Virus record (IMG/VR): IMGVR_UViG_3300017784_005152
Location: 1-34,304 of that record
Length of the DNA: 34,304 nucleotides
Direction: 5' to 3' (one strand)
DNA from: a virus
Taxonomy: Duplodnaviria > Caudoviricetes
Position numbers and translations under genes: made by a program. Positions 8,254 to 17,513 of this stretch are shown here, in pieces; position 1 is the first letter of the stretch; each line of letters starts with the position of its first letter. The notes beneath the pieces are model-generated. The model was not told the DNA's origin and did no database searches. It worked only from the letters and a program-made list of their open reading frames with translations.

Positions 8254-9285
8254 ATGCTTGATCTTTTTCAGCTCAATCCCTGGACAAAACAAGCGATAAT
8301 TCCCATCGACGAGAGTACTGTTTGGCTAAAAGACCATTTTGGCGGGTTTGATTCTGACTATAAAAATTGGTTGTTAGACACATTTGATCCAGGCACTACT
8401 ATCTTGTCTGAATACTTGTTACCCGAAAATGTTAAATCTAAGTATGATTTTTTGAACATATTGTTTCATGCCAATTTAATGATCCACAACAATCATTTTC
8501 AGAAATTTGTACTTTATGCAGCCAACCATACGTTAGATCACAAATTGCAACTGGATCGAACTAACTTTTTAAGTTCGTTCAACATGAATTATTATCTGGA
8601 AAGACAACAACTGGTAGCTTGGCTGCACGAATTAGGATGGTTTGATGATAATTTTTGTTCAAAATACTTTGCAATTGATCAAGACACTGTTGATGTAAAA
8701 TCACTATATTTAAAATACATTGGTCATGATTATGATTGCTTGTCAAAAACTATAGCAAGAAATCATTTTTATTGCAAAATTGTTCAATTTGACAACCATG
8801 AAACGCCGCTGGATCAGTGGCGGCTGCCAACAGGGGTGGATCACCTTAACAATTTAATAACACTCTCAAGAAAAAATAAAAAATCATTTGTTAATTTAGT
8901 GTCCGAAACTCATCCAGCCCACTATGTTCCGTTTCCTACTGAAAAATTTTTGTATCCAGTTGTGCACAAAACGTTATGGGTAGCCCATGCTCAACCAGGA
9001 TATCATAAATTTCTTAATGATTTTATGGGGTTTCGTATGTATCAGTGCTTTGATTATGAATTTGATCGAGAATTGGATTCAATTGATCGAATAGGCAAAA
9101 TCACACAGATGTTGAAAAAATTTTCAACCATGACGCAAGATGAGTGGCACAGTGTCTACAAACAAGAAAAAGACACCATTGAGTTTAATTTTGAACACGT
9201 GGCCAGTGGAAATTTTATAAAACATCTACAGCAGTTTGATCAAGCATCCACAAAATATCCAACTTTGCCTACACCGTATAAATAA
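8254..9285 (+). CDS. Putative glycosyltransferase with GT10 (fucosyltransferase)-like C-terminal motif
   Basis: FVNLVSET...FPTEKFLYP...GF...FDYEFD. Same motif set as 20111-21094. AT-rich gene. Confidence 0.5.
   Translation: MLDLFQLNPWTKQAIIPIDESTVWLKDHFGGFDSDYKNWLLDTFDPGTTILSEYLLPENVKSKYDFLNILFHANLMIHNNHFQKFVLYAANHTLDHKLQLDRTNFLSSFNMNYYLERQQLVAWLHELGWFDDNFCSKYFAIDQDTVDVKSLYLKYIGHDYDCLSKTIARNHFYCKIVQFDNHETPLDQWRLPTGVDHLNNLITLSRKNKKSFVNLVSETHPAHYVPFPTEKFLYPVVHKTLWVAHAQPGYHKFLNDFMGFRMYQCFDYEFDRELDSIDRIGKITQMLKKFSTMTQDEWHSVYKQEKDTIEFNFEHVASGNFIKHLQQFDQASTKYPTLPTPYK
9277..9284 (+). promoter_or_regulatory. Perfect T4 late promoter TATAAATA upstream of the SSB leader
   Basis: Exact TATAAATA overlapping the stop of the upstream gene, 162 nt before the SSB start. 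Confidence 0.7.
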
Positions 9286-9289
9286 AACA

Positions 9290-9446
9290 AAGAAAGATGT
9301 GTAGTGGCACACCTTTTGGTAGACAACTAATTTAACCAGTTCCGTAGGAAACACAGACAGGCTGTGTTAAAATAACCTTGTAGGCAACATTTAAGTAAAT
9401 CTTAAATTTTTAAAATCATATTAACGCACAAGAAAGGCAACACAAT
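9290..9446 (+). promoter_or_regulatory. Structured 5' leader of the SSB gene (three hairpins, repeated TAGRMAAC motif, sigma70-like promoter)
   Basis: Stems at 9293-9316, 9350-9368 (aacacag/ctgtgtt) and 9389-9407 (atttaag/cttaaat). TAGGAA-17nt-TAAAAT with extended TG at 9345-9373. Confidence 0.55.
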
Positions 9447-10448
9447 ATGGCATCATTAGCAGACATTCGCGCACGTTTGGCAGCAGCCGAAAACAAAGGT
9501 TCCAACAACTCCCAAGGCGGAGGAGACCGATCAATTTACCCACACTGGAACATGGAAGAAGGACAAAGTGCCTCGCTTCGATTTCTAGCTGATGGCAACT
9601 CCAAAAACACATTCTTCTGGATCGAACGGCAAATGATCCGACTGCCATTCAATGGCGTCAAGGGCGAAATGGACTCTAAACAAGTCATGGTCCAAGTGCC
9701 CTGCGTGGAAATGTGGAACGATACTTGTCCAATCTTGGCCGAAGTTCGTGGCTGGTTCAAAGACAAGAGCCTGGAAGACATGGGTCGCAAGTACTGGAAG
9801 AAACGCAGTTACATTTTCCAAGGCTTTGTGCGTGAAAACCCCATTGCCGACGACAAAACTCCGGACAATCCTATTCGCAAGTTTATCATTGGGCCTCAGT
9901 TGTTTACCTTGATCAAGGCTGCCTTGATGGATCCAGAACTGGAAGAATTACCAACTGATACCTTGCGTGGACTAGACTTCCGTATTGCCAAGACTTCCAA
10001 AGGTGGTTATGCTGACTACAACACCAGCAAGTGGGCTCGCAAGGAATCGTCCTTGACTGAAACTGAACAGGCTGCTGTGGAAGCATATGGTTTGTTTGAC
10101 TTGAGCACATTCTTGCCCAAGCGTCCCGGCGATGTGGAACTGCGTGTGATCAAGGAAATGTTTGAAGCGTCAGTGGATGGACAGCCTTATGATACCGAGC
10201 GCTGGGGTCAGTACTTCCGTCCTGCTGGTGTCAACGCACCTGCTGGCGGTTCACTCACAGTAGATGGACACGGCGATGTGCATGACACACCTGCCAAGCC
10301 AGCAGCACGTCCAGCACCTGCAGCAAACTTTGACGAAGATGTTGAGGTAGCAGAAAAATCTTTTGCTACTGAGCCCGTTGCTGCTCCAAAATCAACGCAG
10401 AAGGCCGAAGACATCTTGGCCATGATTCGCAGCCGCCAGGCCAAGTAA
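9447..10448 (+). CDS. gp32: Single-stranded DNA-binding protein (T4 gp32-like)
   Basis: LRFL.D, CPI, KYWKKRSY, GxDFRIAKTSKGGYADYNTSKW and a low-complexity C-terminal tail. Lies near uvsX. Confidence 0.9.
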   Translation: MASLADIRARLAAAENKGSNNSQGGGDRSIYPHWNMEEGQSASLRFLADGNSKNTFFWIERQMIRLPFNGVKGEMDSKQVMVQVPCVEMWNDTCPILAEVRGWFKDKSLEDMGRKYWKKRSYIFQGFVRENPIADDKTPDNPIRKFIIGPQLFTLIKAALMDPELEELPTDTLRGLDFRIAKTSKGGYADYNTSKWARKESSLTETEQAAVEAYGLFDLSTFLPKRPGDVELRVIKEMFEASVDGQPYDTERWGQYFRPAGVNAPAGGSLTVDGHGDVHDTPAKPAARPAPAANFDEDVEVAEKSFATEPVAAPKSTQKAEDILAMIRSRQAK

Positions 10449-10450
10449 TC

Positions 10451-11107
10451 ATGTTTAGTGAGATAGATAAATCTATCTTTCCTGATAGCTGCGAGATACT
10501 AGAAATAGTGCCCTCGCAGCTATTTGTCTATCCAATTTTTAAAAATGGTAGCTCGTCGCTGAGTAAATCAGCTGCTGCTGCCGGCTGGAAAACGCTGAAC
10601 CAGCATGATATATCCAATATTCAAACACCAATCACAGTTTTTTTACGTGATCCTCGAGAACGATTTATCAGTGGAGTAAATACATTTCTACAACTTTGTC
10701 AAAGAGAGCATGGTGAACTAGACCCCAAGACAATTTTATTTTTTGTAGGGAAATATCTGTTTCTAAACAGACATTATGCTCCTCAATTTTTTTGGTTAAT
10801 CAATCTGGCTAGACACAGTCAGGCACCTTTAAAATTTCAACATGTTGATGATATAAAAAATCTAACTGCTGTTTATCACCGCACTGACATTGTACCTCCT
10901 ACTTCAGAGTTTTTGAAGGGTATTGAAAATTTTCCCTGGGAAAAATTAGAATTGTATTTTTTGTTAGATCAACTGTTGATTGACCGTATAGGGCAAGAGA
11001 TAAAATTTGTAGAATTAATCAATACTATCAAAAAAACTCACAGTGATCTATACCAACTGATAGTTGATCACACACACCAGATTTCAAATGCACTGCCCAA
11101 GACTTGA
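10451..11107 (+). CDS. Sulfotransferase family 2-like protein
   Basis: 5'-PSB-like IFKNGSSSL, 3'-PB-like LRDPRERFISG and HYAPQ (HxxPQ). Confidence 0.7.
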   Translation: MFSEIDKSIFPDSCEILEIVPSQLFVYPIFKNGSSSLSKSAAAAGWKTLNQHDISNIQTPITVFLRDPRERFISGVNTFLQLCQREHGELDPKTILFFVGKYLFLNRHYAPQFFWLINLARHSQAPLKFQHVDDIKNLTAVYHRTDIVPPTSEFLKGIENFPWEKLELYFLLDQLLIDRIGQEIKFVELINTIKKTHSDLYQLIVDHTHQISNALPKT

Positions 11108-12029
11108 TCACTTTGTGCGACTGAATTATGATGGCACAGTAGGGCGCTGCGGTCATATGGTTAATGCACCGCAATTTGAAAATTTAGATCAACTAGACAA
11201 CAGCAATTGGCTAAAAGAAGTTAAACAACAATTTGAAAAAAATCAATGGCCCAAAGAATGTGTTCGTTGCAACCAAACTGAAAATTTAGGGCAAGGCAGC
11301 ATACGACTTAACACAATAAATTTTGATCAATTGCAAACACACCCGGACTATCTTATTGTGGGAGGAGTGCTAGATAATGTGTGTAACAGTGCATGTTTGA
11401 CCTGCAATGAAAATCTAAGTACAAAAATTGGTAGCTTAAAAAACAAATATTATCCTATCGTAGACAACTCTGTGCGTTTTTGGAACTTTCCCCAGGAACG
11501 CATTGTGCATTTAGACATCAATGGAGGAGAACCTAGTGCTAGCAAAAATTACAAAAAACTCTTGGCCAACCTACCCAAGAATGTCAAATCAGTACGAGTA
11601 AATACCAATGGTTCTTTGATCATTGATGAACTGCAAGATCTAGCAGCAACAGGCATAAAGGTCACTGTGACAGTGAGTCTGGATGGCATCGGATCAGTGC
11701 ACGATTGGGTACGTTGGCCAATCAAATGGGATAAATTTTACAACAACTTGATGAAATATCAGTCAATGCCAGGCATAGACCTAAATACCTGGACCACAGT
11801 GAGTGCATTGAATATTGGTGATTTTCAAAATATTCAGAATTTTATCAACCAACATAATTTGCAACATTCTTATGCATTGTTAGATACACCCAGGGTGTTG
11901 AATGTCAGATACAAAAATTCTCTGACTCAATCATATGACGCAGTATTTCCCGGACATGTTGCAATTGACAAAAACAATCAACATGAACTAGACCAATTTT
12001 TACACAAACAACAGCAACTAAGATCGTGA
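11088..12029 (+). CDS. Radical SAM protein with N-terminal SPASM/twitch-like domain
   Basis: CNSACLTC, NGGEP, NTNG and SLDG. N-terminal MHCPR...RCGH...CVRC. Start moved to ATG 11088. Confidence 0.9.
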   Translation: MHCPRLDHFVRLNYDGTVGRCGHMVNAPQFENLDQLDNSNWLKEVKQQFEKNQWPKECVRCNQTENLGQGSIRLNTINFDQLQTHPDYLIVGGVLDNVCNSACLTCNENLSTKIGSLKNKYYPIVDNSVRFWNFPQERIVHLDINGGEPSASKNYKKLLANLPKNVKSVRVNTNGSLIIDELQDLAATGIKVTVTVSLDGIGSVHDWVRWPIKWDKFYNNLMKYQSMPGIDLNTWTTVSALNIGDFQNIQNFINQHNLQHSYALLDTPRVLNVRYKNSLTQSYDAVFPGHVAIDKNNQHELDQFLHKQQQLRS

Positions 12030-12562
12030 AAATAGCAATAACTGGACACACTGCAGGAATTGGACAATCTTTGGCTGCTCAGTATGCTGCTCGGGGGCAT
12101 GAGATTGTTGGACTCAGTCAGCGACATGGTCATAATATCCGAGTCACACAAAAAATAGCAAATCTGATAGAACCTTGCGATGTGTTTATCAACAATGCTC
12201 AAGCAGGTTACGCACAAACTGAACTGTTGTTTGAAATGGTCAAGAGATGGCAAGGCACAAAAAAACATATTGTTGTGATCAGTACCATGATGACTCAAAC
12301 TCCAGTGAGTGAAGCAGTTGGTCTAGAAATGGACCAATATCGTGTGCAAAAAATAGCACTAGAAGAAGCAGTCAAACAAATCAGACATCGACAACTTGGA
12401 GTAACTATTACAATAGTGAGACCGGGAAATATTGCCACCAGTGTTGAAAAAACTGTTCCTCCAGCAGCAGATGTTGACCGTTGGGCACAAGTATTAATCA
12501 ATATATTTGAGTTGGCTTCTCCTGACTTGGCAATCAAAGATATAAGTCTGGGCCCAATATGA
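12026..12562 (+). CDS. Short-chain dehydrogenase/reductase (SDR)
   Basis: TGHTAGIG (TGxxxGIG), FINNA, YxxxK (YRVQK) and RPG. Confidence 0.85.
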   Translation: MKIAITGHTAGIGQSLAAQYAARGHEIVGLSQRHGHNIRVTQKIANLIEPCDVFINNAQAGYAQTELLFEMVKRWQGTKKHIVVISTMMTQTPVSEAVGLEMDQYRVQKIALEEAVKQIRHRQLGVTITIVRPGNIATSVEKTVPPAADVDRWAQVLINIFELASPDLAIKDISLGPI

Positions 12563-13701
12563 CACCAAAAGACATACTAACCAACCAGAGTTTTTGTCCC
12601 ATACCATGGACCGGCCTGATGTACAATTTCAATGGCAAGGTAAAAAATTGTATTCGCAGCACAAACAGCATGCCCATTGGAAACATCTGTGACCAGTCAA
12701 TTGAGGACATTGTTGTTGGTCAGTCCAACACATCAAGACAACAAAATATTATTGACCAACAATTGGTGCCCAGTTGCCAACCTTGTTACGAACTTGAGAG
12801 AGGCAAAACAAATTTCGATATTATTAGCGATCGAATATTTTATATTCGCGAACTCAAAACAGTGCCATTGGCCACTTATCAGGCAGGAAATTTTGATTTA
12901 CAAACAATTGATGTTAGATGGAGCAATCTATGTAATTTTTCTTGTGTGTACTGCAGCCCCGAATTCAGCAGCAAGTGGGCTGCAGAATTAAAGATCACAA
13001 CACCTACTCCCAGTCCAGAGCAGTTGGAAAACTTTCGAGAATACATTTACAAAAACGCACACAAACTCAAGCATGTGTATCTGGCTGGCGGCGAACCATT
13101 GTTGATGAAAGAAAATTTAGAACTGTTACAAAAATTAAATCCTGAAGTAAAACTGCGTGTAAACACCAACCTGAGTAAAGTTGATTCAAAAATATTTGAC
13201 GCAATTTGCAAGTTTAAACATGTGCATTGGACAGTGAGTATAGAATCAATCCAGCAAGAATTTGAGTACATCAGACACGGTGGTGTTTGGAAAGATTTCT
13301 TAGAAAACTTAACAATAATACGACAGCTTGATCACAAAATATCATTCAACATGTTGCATTTTTTGTTAAATTATAAAAGTGTTTTTCAGTGTGTTGATTA
13401 TTTGAGCAATATTGGATTTCACAACAATAGTTTCATAATTGGTGCTTTGGCCAATCCTGAGTATCTAAATATTAGACATCTGCCTGATCATGTGTTATAC
13501 TCAGTGACTGATGAACTAGAACAAAGGATTTCGCGACAACCAGGATATCTGCTCGAAGACAGTTATCGTAATCTTTTGCACTATATTCAACAACCATTTG
13601 AGAAGAATTTAAGAGACTCTTTTGAAAAGCTAACAGCGTTAGATCAACGAAGAAACTTAGATAGCAGTTTGATTTTTAAAGATTTATACAATTTAAGATA
13701 A
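12559..13701 (+). CDS. Radical SAM protein with N-terminal SPASM/twitch-like domain
   Basis: CNFSCVYC, AGGEP and NTN. N-terminal FCPIPW...KNC...CQPC. Confidence 0.92.
   Translation: MTPKDILTNQSFCPIPWTGLMYNFNGKVKNCIRSTNSMPIGNICDQSIEDIVVGQSNTSRQQNIIDQQLVPSCQPCYELERGKTNFDIISDRIFYIRELKTVPLATYQAGNFDLQTIDVRWSNLCNFSCVYCSPEFSSKWAAELKITTPTPSPEQLENFREYIYKNAHKLKHVYLAGGEPLLMKENLELLQKLNPEVKLRVNTNLSKVDSKIFDAICKFKHVHWTVSIESIQQEFEYIRHGGVWKDFLENLTIIRQLDHKISFNMLHFLLNYKSVFQCVDYLSNIGFHNNSFIIGALANPEYLNIRHLPDHVLYSVTDELEQRISRQPGYLLEDSYRNLLHYIQQPFEKNLRDSFEKLTALDQRRNLDSSLIFKDLYNLR
13466..13501 (+). promoter_or_regulatory. Intragenic tandem promoter upstream of uvsX (TAAATA plus TAGACA-17-TATACT with extended TG)
   Basis: TAAATA at 13466-13471, -35 TAGACA at 13473-13478, TG at 13493-13494 and -10 TATACT at 13496-13501. 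Confidence 0.55.
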
Positions 13702-13710
13702 GGAAACACC

Positions 13711-14769
13711 ATGGGCAAACCATTTGACATTTCAAAATTCCGCAAGGACATCACAAAAAGCATCCAGGGCCTCAGCATTGGATTCAACGATCCCACAGAC
13801 TGGATCAGTACCGGCAACTATGCACTGAACTATCTAATCTCAGGAGACTTTGACAAAGGTATTCCACTGGGCAAAGTAACAGTGTTTGCTGGTGAATCGG
13901 GAGCCGGCAAGAGCTATATCTGCAGTGGCAACATTGTAAAGAACGCACAAGATCAGGGTATCTTTGTTATTCTCATTGACACAGAAAACGCACTTGACGA
14001 ATCTTGGTTACACGCACTTGGTGTTGACACCGGTCCAGACAAGTTGCTCAAGCTCAACATGAGCATGATTGATGACGTTGCCAAAGCAATCTCCACATTC
14101 ATGACAGACTACAAAGCACTGCCGGAAGAAGAACGCATGAAAGTGCTATGGGTCATTGACTCATTGGGCATGTTGCTGACTCCCACAGACGTCAACCAGT
14201 TTGAAGCAGGCGACATGAAAGGTGACATGGGCCGCAAGCCCAAGGCACTAACCGCACTTGTTCGTAATTCTGTCAACATGTTTGGTAGTTACAATGTGGG
14301 CCTGGTTTGTACCAACCATACCTACGCCAGCCAAGACATGTTTGATCCCGATGACAAGATCTCCGGTGGTCAAGGTTTCATCTACGCCAGCAGTATTGTG
14401 GTTGCCATGAAGAAAATGAAACTCAAAGAAGATGAAGATGGCAACAAGATTACTGATGTCATGGGTATTCGCGCCGGATGCAAGGTAATGAAAACACGCT
14501 ATGCCAAACCGTTCGAAGGCATGCAGGTCAAAATCCCTTACTCAACTGGCATGAGCCCACATTCAGGTCTGACTGACCTGATTGAGAAAAAAGGTCTGCT
14601 CAAGAAAGAAGGCAACAGCCTGGTGTTTACCACCAGCGATGGCGAAATCATCAAGAAGTTCCGCAAAGGGTGGGAACGCAACGACGACGGTTGCTTGGAT
14701 GTGGTTATGAAAGATTTTGGCAATCAAAAGGGTGAGGTAACTACTACAGATGAGGAGACAGCAGAATGA
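13711..14769 (+). CDS. uvsX: RecA-like recombinase UvsX
   Basis: ISTG, Walker A GESGAGKS, IDTENA, Walker B VIDSLG, NHTY and SGG. SD taagga. Confidence 0.95.
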   Translation: MGKPFDISKFRKDITKSIQGLSIGFNDPTDWISTGNYALNYLISGDFDKGIPLGKVTVFAGESGAGKSYICSGNIVKNAQDQGIFVILIDTENALDESWLHALGVDTGPDKLLKLNMSMIDDVAKAISTFMTDYKALPEEERMKVLWVIDSLGMLLTPTDVNQFEAGDMKGDMGRKPKALTALVRNSVNMFGSYNVGLVCTNHTYASQDMFDPDDKISGGQGFIYASSIVVAMKKMKLKEDEDGNKITDVMGIRAGCKVMKTRYAKPFEGMQVKIPYSTGMSPHSGLTDLIEKKGLLKKEGNSLVFTTSDGEIIKKFRKGWERNDDGCLDVVMKDFGNQKGEVTTTDEETAE

Positions 14770-15029
14770 GTACAGATGTAGCAGCAGAAATTTGGGGAGA
14801 ACTTCGTCGTTACGTAAACGTGGTGGACCGTGACGAAGCAGCTGAAACTGTGGTTGCAGTGTTGATCGACAATGACTATGACGCAGATCAAATTCGTAAC
14901 ATTTTCAAGGGCGATACTGAAATCAAACGTGCCTTGGCTGCGTATGTCAACCGTGACGTAGAAGAAACCCCCGAAGACGATTATGAAGAAGAGTCAGACC
15001 TCGACGAAGATGAACGCTGGGAAAACTAA
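14766..15029 (+). CDS. Small acidic hypothetical protein
   Basis: 87 aa, SD gaggag, ATGA overlap with uvsX, D/E-rich C-terminus. Confidence 0.8.
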   Translation: MSTDVAAEIWGELRRYVNVVDRDEAAETVVAVLIDNDYDADQIRNIFKGDTEIKRALAAYVNRDVEETPEDDYEEESDLDEDERWEN

Positions 15030-16282
15030 TGTCCGATCGTTATTTTCCGATCAAGACTCAGACCGCATGTCAATTAAAATGGACCTGGAGTACCCTGTTT
15101 CTCAACAAGGGTACTACCAGTTCGTGCCATCGAGTCAAAAAGGAACAAATAACAGCTGAAACATTTGATTCTTTTCACAACACTCCAAAAAAGTTAGCAG
15201 ACCGAACACTAATGCTCAACGGAGAATGGCCAACGGAAGGATGTGATTATTGCAGCAGCATCGAACAAGCTGGCGGCTCAAGCGATCGTATGATGCATCT
15301 CAAGATTCCAAATCTTGTTCCGCCTGAACTTGATCAGAATCCTGAAGAAATCACAGTGACTCCTCGAATTGTAGAAGTATATTTTGATAATGTCTGCAAC
15401 ATGAGTTGTTTGTACTGCGACGAAATGTTCAGTAGTACAATATATCAAGAAAATCAAAAATTTGGGCCTTTTGAAAAACACGGAATACTGATCAAAAATC
15501 AAACAAAAGAGCCCGAACGTCTCAATGATCTAACTCAGGCGTTCTGGAGATGGTTTGATGCAAATTATACCGCAGTGTTTAGACTACATGTTCTTGGCGG
15601 CGAACCTTTTTATCAACCGCAGTTTGATACCATGTTAGATTTTTTTGAATCTCATCCAAGCCCCCATCTTGAGCTAAATGTAATAAGCAATTTAAAAATT
15701 TCTAAGTCTAAACTTGTTACCTATGTTGAAAAAATAAAAAAATTAGTAGCAGAAAGAAAAATTAAAAGATTTGATTTGACCGCAAGTATTGATTGTTTTG
15801 GAAAAGAACAAGAATATGTGCGTTACGGAATGAATCTAGAACAGTGGAAAGAAAATTTTAATTACCTGGTCAATCAACGATGGATCACACTGAACATAAA
15901 TCAGACTTTAACAGGGCTGACCATCAAAACTGTTCCTGAATTAATTGAGTATATTGGACAGATTAAAAAAAATCGAAAAATAGGCCATCATTTTTCAATA
16001 GTGGTTGGGCCTTACAAATTTTTACATCCAGGAATATTTGGCCCAGATTTTTTTGCTAAAGATTTTGATAGAATACTAGCAACAATGTCTGACGACACAG
16101 TGTGGGATCAACATGCTAAAAAATACATGACAGGTATAAAATTACAAGTTGAATCTTGCGAAAAAAATCAAGAAAAAATACAACAATTGGCCATGTATCT
16201 AGACGAGCTGGACAGACGTAGAAATCTCAATTGGCGTGTAACATTTCCCTGGCTAGAGAAAGAATTAGATCATGTGGTATAA
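15029..16282 (+). CDS. Radical SAM protein with N-terminal SPASM/twitch-like domain
   Basis: CNMSCLYC, LGGEP, ISN and SID. N-terminal ACQLKW...SSCHR...CDYC. Confidence 0.92.
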   Translation: MSDRYFPIKTQTACQLKWTWSTLFLNKGTTSSCHRVKKEQITAETFDSFHNTPKKLADRTLMLNGEWPTEGCDYCSSIEQAGGSSDRMMHLKIPNLVPPELDQNPEEITVTPRIVEVYFDNVCNMSCLYCDEMFSSTIYQENQKFGPFEKHGILIKNQTKEPERLNDLTQAFWRWFDANYTAVFRLHVLGGEPFYQPQFDTMLDFFESHPSPHLELNVISNLKISKSKLVTYVEKIKKLVAERKIKRFDLTASIDCFGKEQEYVRYGMNLEQWKENFNYLVNQRWITLNINQTLTGLTIKTVPELIEYIGQIKKNRKIGHHFSIVVGPYKFLHPGIFGPDFFAKDFDRILATMSDDTVWDQHAKKYMTGIKLQVESCEKNQEKIQQLAMYLDELDRRRNLNWRVTFPWLEKELDHVV

Positions 16283-16724
16283 TCGTGTTGTTGCTGATCT
16301 GGGCCAGATCCCTGATTTCATTGCTCATTACGAGCAAGAACTGGACCTTGCCCGCCGCGACTGCCGCATTGGTGGCATAGTTGAGCACAGGATCAAAGAG
16401 CTACCGGGTATCACTGAGCAACGGTTCAACCAGCTGCAAGAAATTGAAGCTGTGTTGAACTATCTCAACATTCAACTGCGCAAGATTCGTCGACGACATT
16501 TTCAAAAGTATCTGGAAGGATATGCTCGTGCACTCACATCCAGAGACGCTGAAAAGTATGTGGACGGTGAAGATGAAGTGGTTGATTTTGAAACCATTAT
16601 CAACGAAGTTGCCCTGTTACGCAACAAATGGCTGGGCATCATGAAAGGCCTGGATTCAAAGCAATGGATGGCTGGGCACATTGTGAGACTACGTGCTGCG
16701 GGTATGGAAGATATTTCAGTCTAG
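16272..16724 (+). CDS. uvsY: Recombination mediator UvsY-like
   Basis: 150-aa helical protein with ALTSRDAEKYVDGEDEV...IMKGLDSKQW pattern, downstream of uvsX. Confidence 0.75.
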   Translation: MWYNRVVADLGQIPDFIAHYEQELDLARRDCRIGGIVEHRIKELPGITEQRFNQLQEIEAVLNYLNIQLRKIRRRHFQKYLEGYARALTSRDAEKYVDGEDEVVDFETIINEVALLRNKWLGIMKGLDSKQWMAGHIVRLRAAGMEDISV

Positions 16725-16737
16725 TGTTTGGTCACTG

Positions 16738-16743
16738 TAAATA
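16738..16743 (+). promoter_or_regulatory. T4-late-like promoter box TAAATA heading the glycan island
   Basis: gTAAATA-ccagt-ATG(16749), no SD. Confidence 0.65.
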
Positions 16744-16748
16744 CCAGT

Positions 16749-17513
16749 ATGAAAATTGTATTAGTAACTGGAGGTTTTGACCCTGTGCACTCAGGGCATA
16801 TTGCCTATTTCAAAGCTGCAAAAACTCTAGGTCACATGTTGATTGTTGGCCTCAATAGTGATGAGTGGCTGGTTCGTAAAAAAGGTGCGGCCTTTATGCC
16901 CTGGAACGAACGACTTTGCATTGTCAACAATCTGTCAATGGTGGATGAAGTTTATACCTTTGATGATGATGACGGATCAGCAAAACATTTTATTCAACAA
17001 GCAAGAGCACACTATCCCGATGCTGAACTGATATTTGCCAACGGCGGCGATAGGACCCAAGATAACATTCCAGAAATGGATGTGGTGGATTCTAATTTGT
17101 CATTTGTGTTTGGCGTAGGCGGCGAAGATAAAAAAAATTCCAGCAGTTGGATCTTGCAAGAATGGAAGGCCCCCAAGACCGAACGTGCCTGGGGATATTA
17201 TCGTGTGCTGCACGAAGTGGGTGCCAACACCAAGCTCAAAGAACTCACGGTCATGCCCCGGACCTGTTTGAGCATGCAACGCCATGATCAGAGACAGGAG
17301 TTCTGGTTTGTGGCCAAGGGCACTGCCACGGTATACACTCTGGAAGACTCCAGCACAGACCGTGATGTCAAGTGCTGTTTAGATGTGCATGAACACACCT
17401 TTATCCAATGTCGTGAATGGCATCAGCTGTGCAACGAAACTGATCAACCATTAAAACTGATTGAGATTCAGTATGGCGACAATTGTGTAGAAGAGGATAT
17501 AGAACGCCAATGA
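16749..17513 (+). CDS. Cytidylyltransferase-like (HxGH) domain fused to a cupin (type II mannose-6-phosphate isomerase-like)
   Basis: TGGFDPVHSGH, GLNSD, ANGGDR and NSSS, then RAWGYY...LSMQRH..RQEFW...WHQL.N...IEIQYG...EEDIER. Start moved to ATG 16749. Confidence 0.88.
   Translation: MKIVLVTGGFDPVHSGHIAYFKAAKTLGHMLIVGLNSDEWLVRKKGAAFMPWNERLCIVNNLSMVDEVYTFDDDDGSAKHFIQQARAHYPDAELIFANGGDRTQDNIPEMDVVDSNLSFVFGVGGEDKKNSSSWILQEWKAPKTERAWGYYRVLHEVGANTKLKELTVMPRTCLSMQRHDQRQEFWFVAKGTATVYTLEDSSTDRDVKCCLDVHEHTFIQCREWHQLCNETDQPLKLIEIQYGDNCVEEDIERQ

Noticed and set aside
3338-8292. Numerous antisense and alternate-frame ORFs (e.g. 3908-4357, 6232-6765)
   Set aside because: These are shadow ORFs of long, well-supported genes, with no motifs or translation signals.
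9286-9446. tRNA or other known ncRNA in intergenic gaps
   Set aside because: No cloverleaf, T-loop GTTCRA context or CCA end was seen. The region is treated as a gene leader instead.
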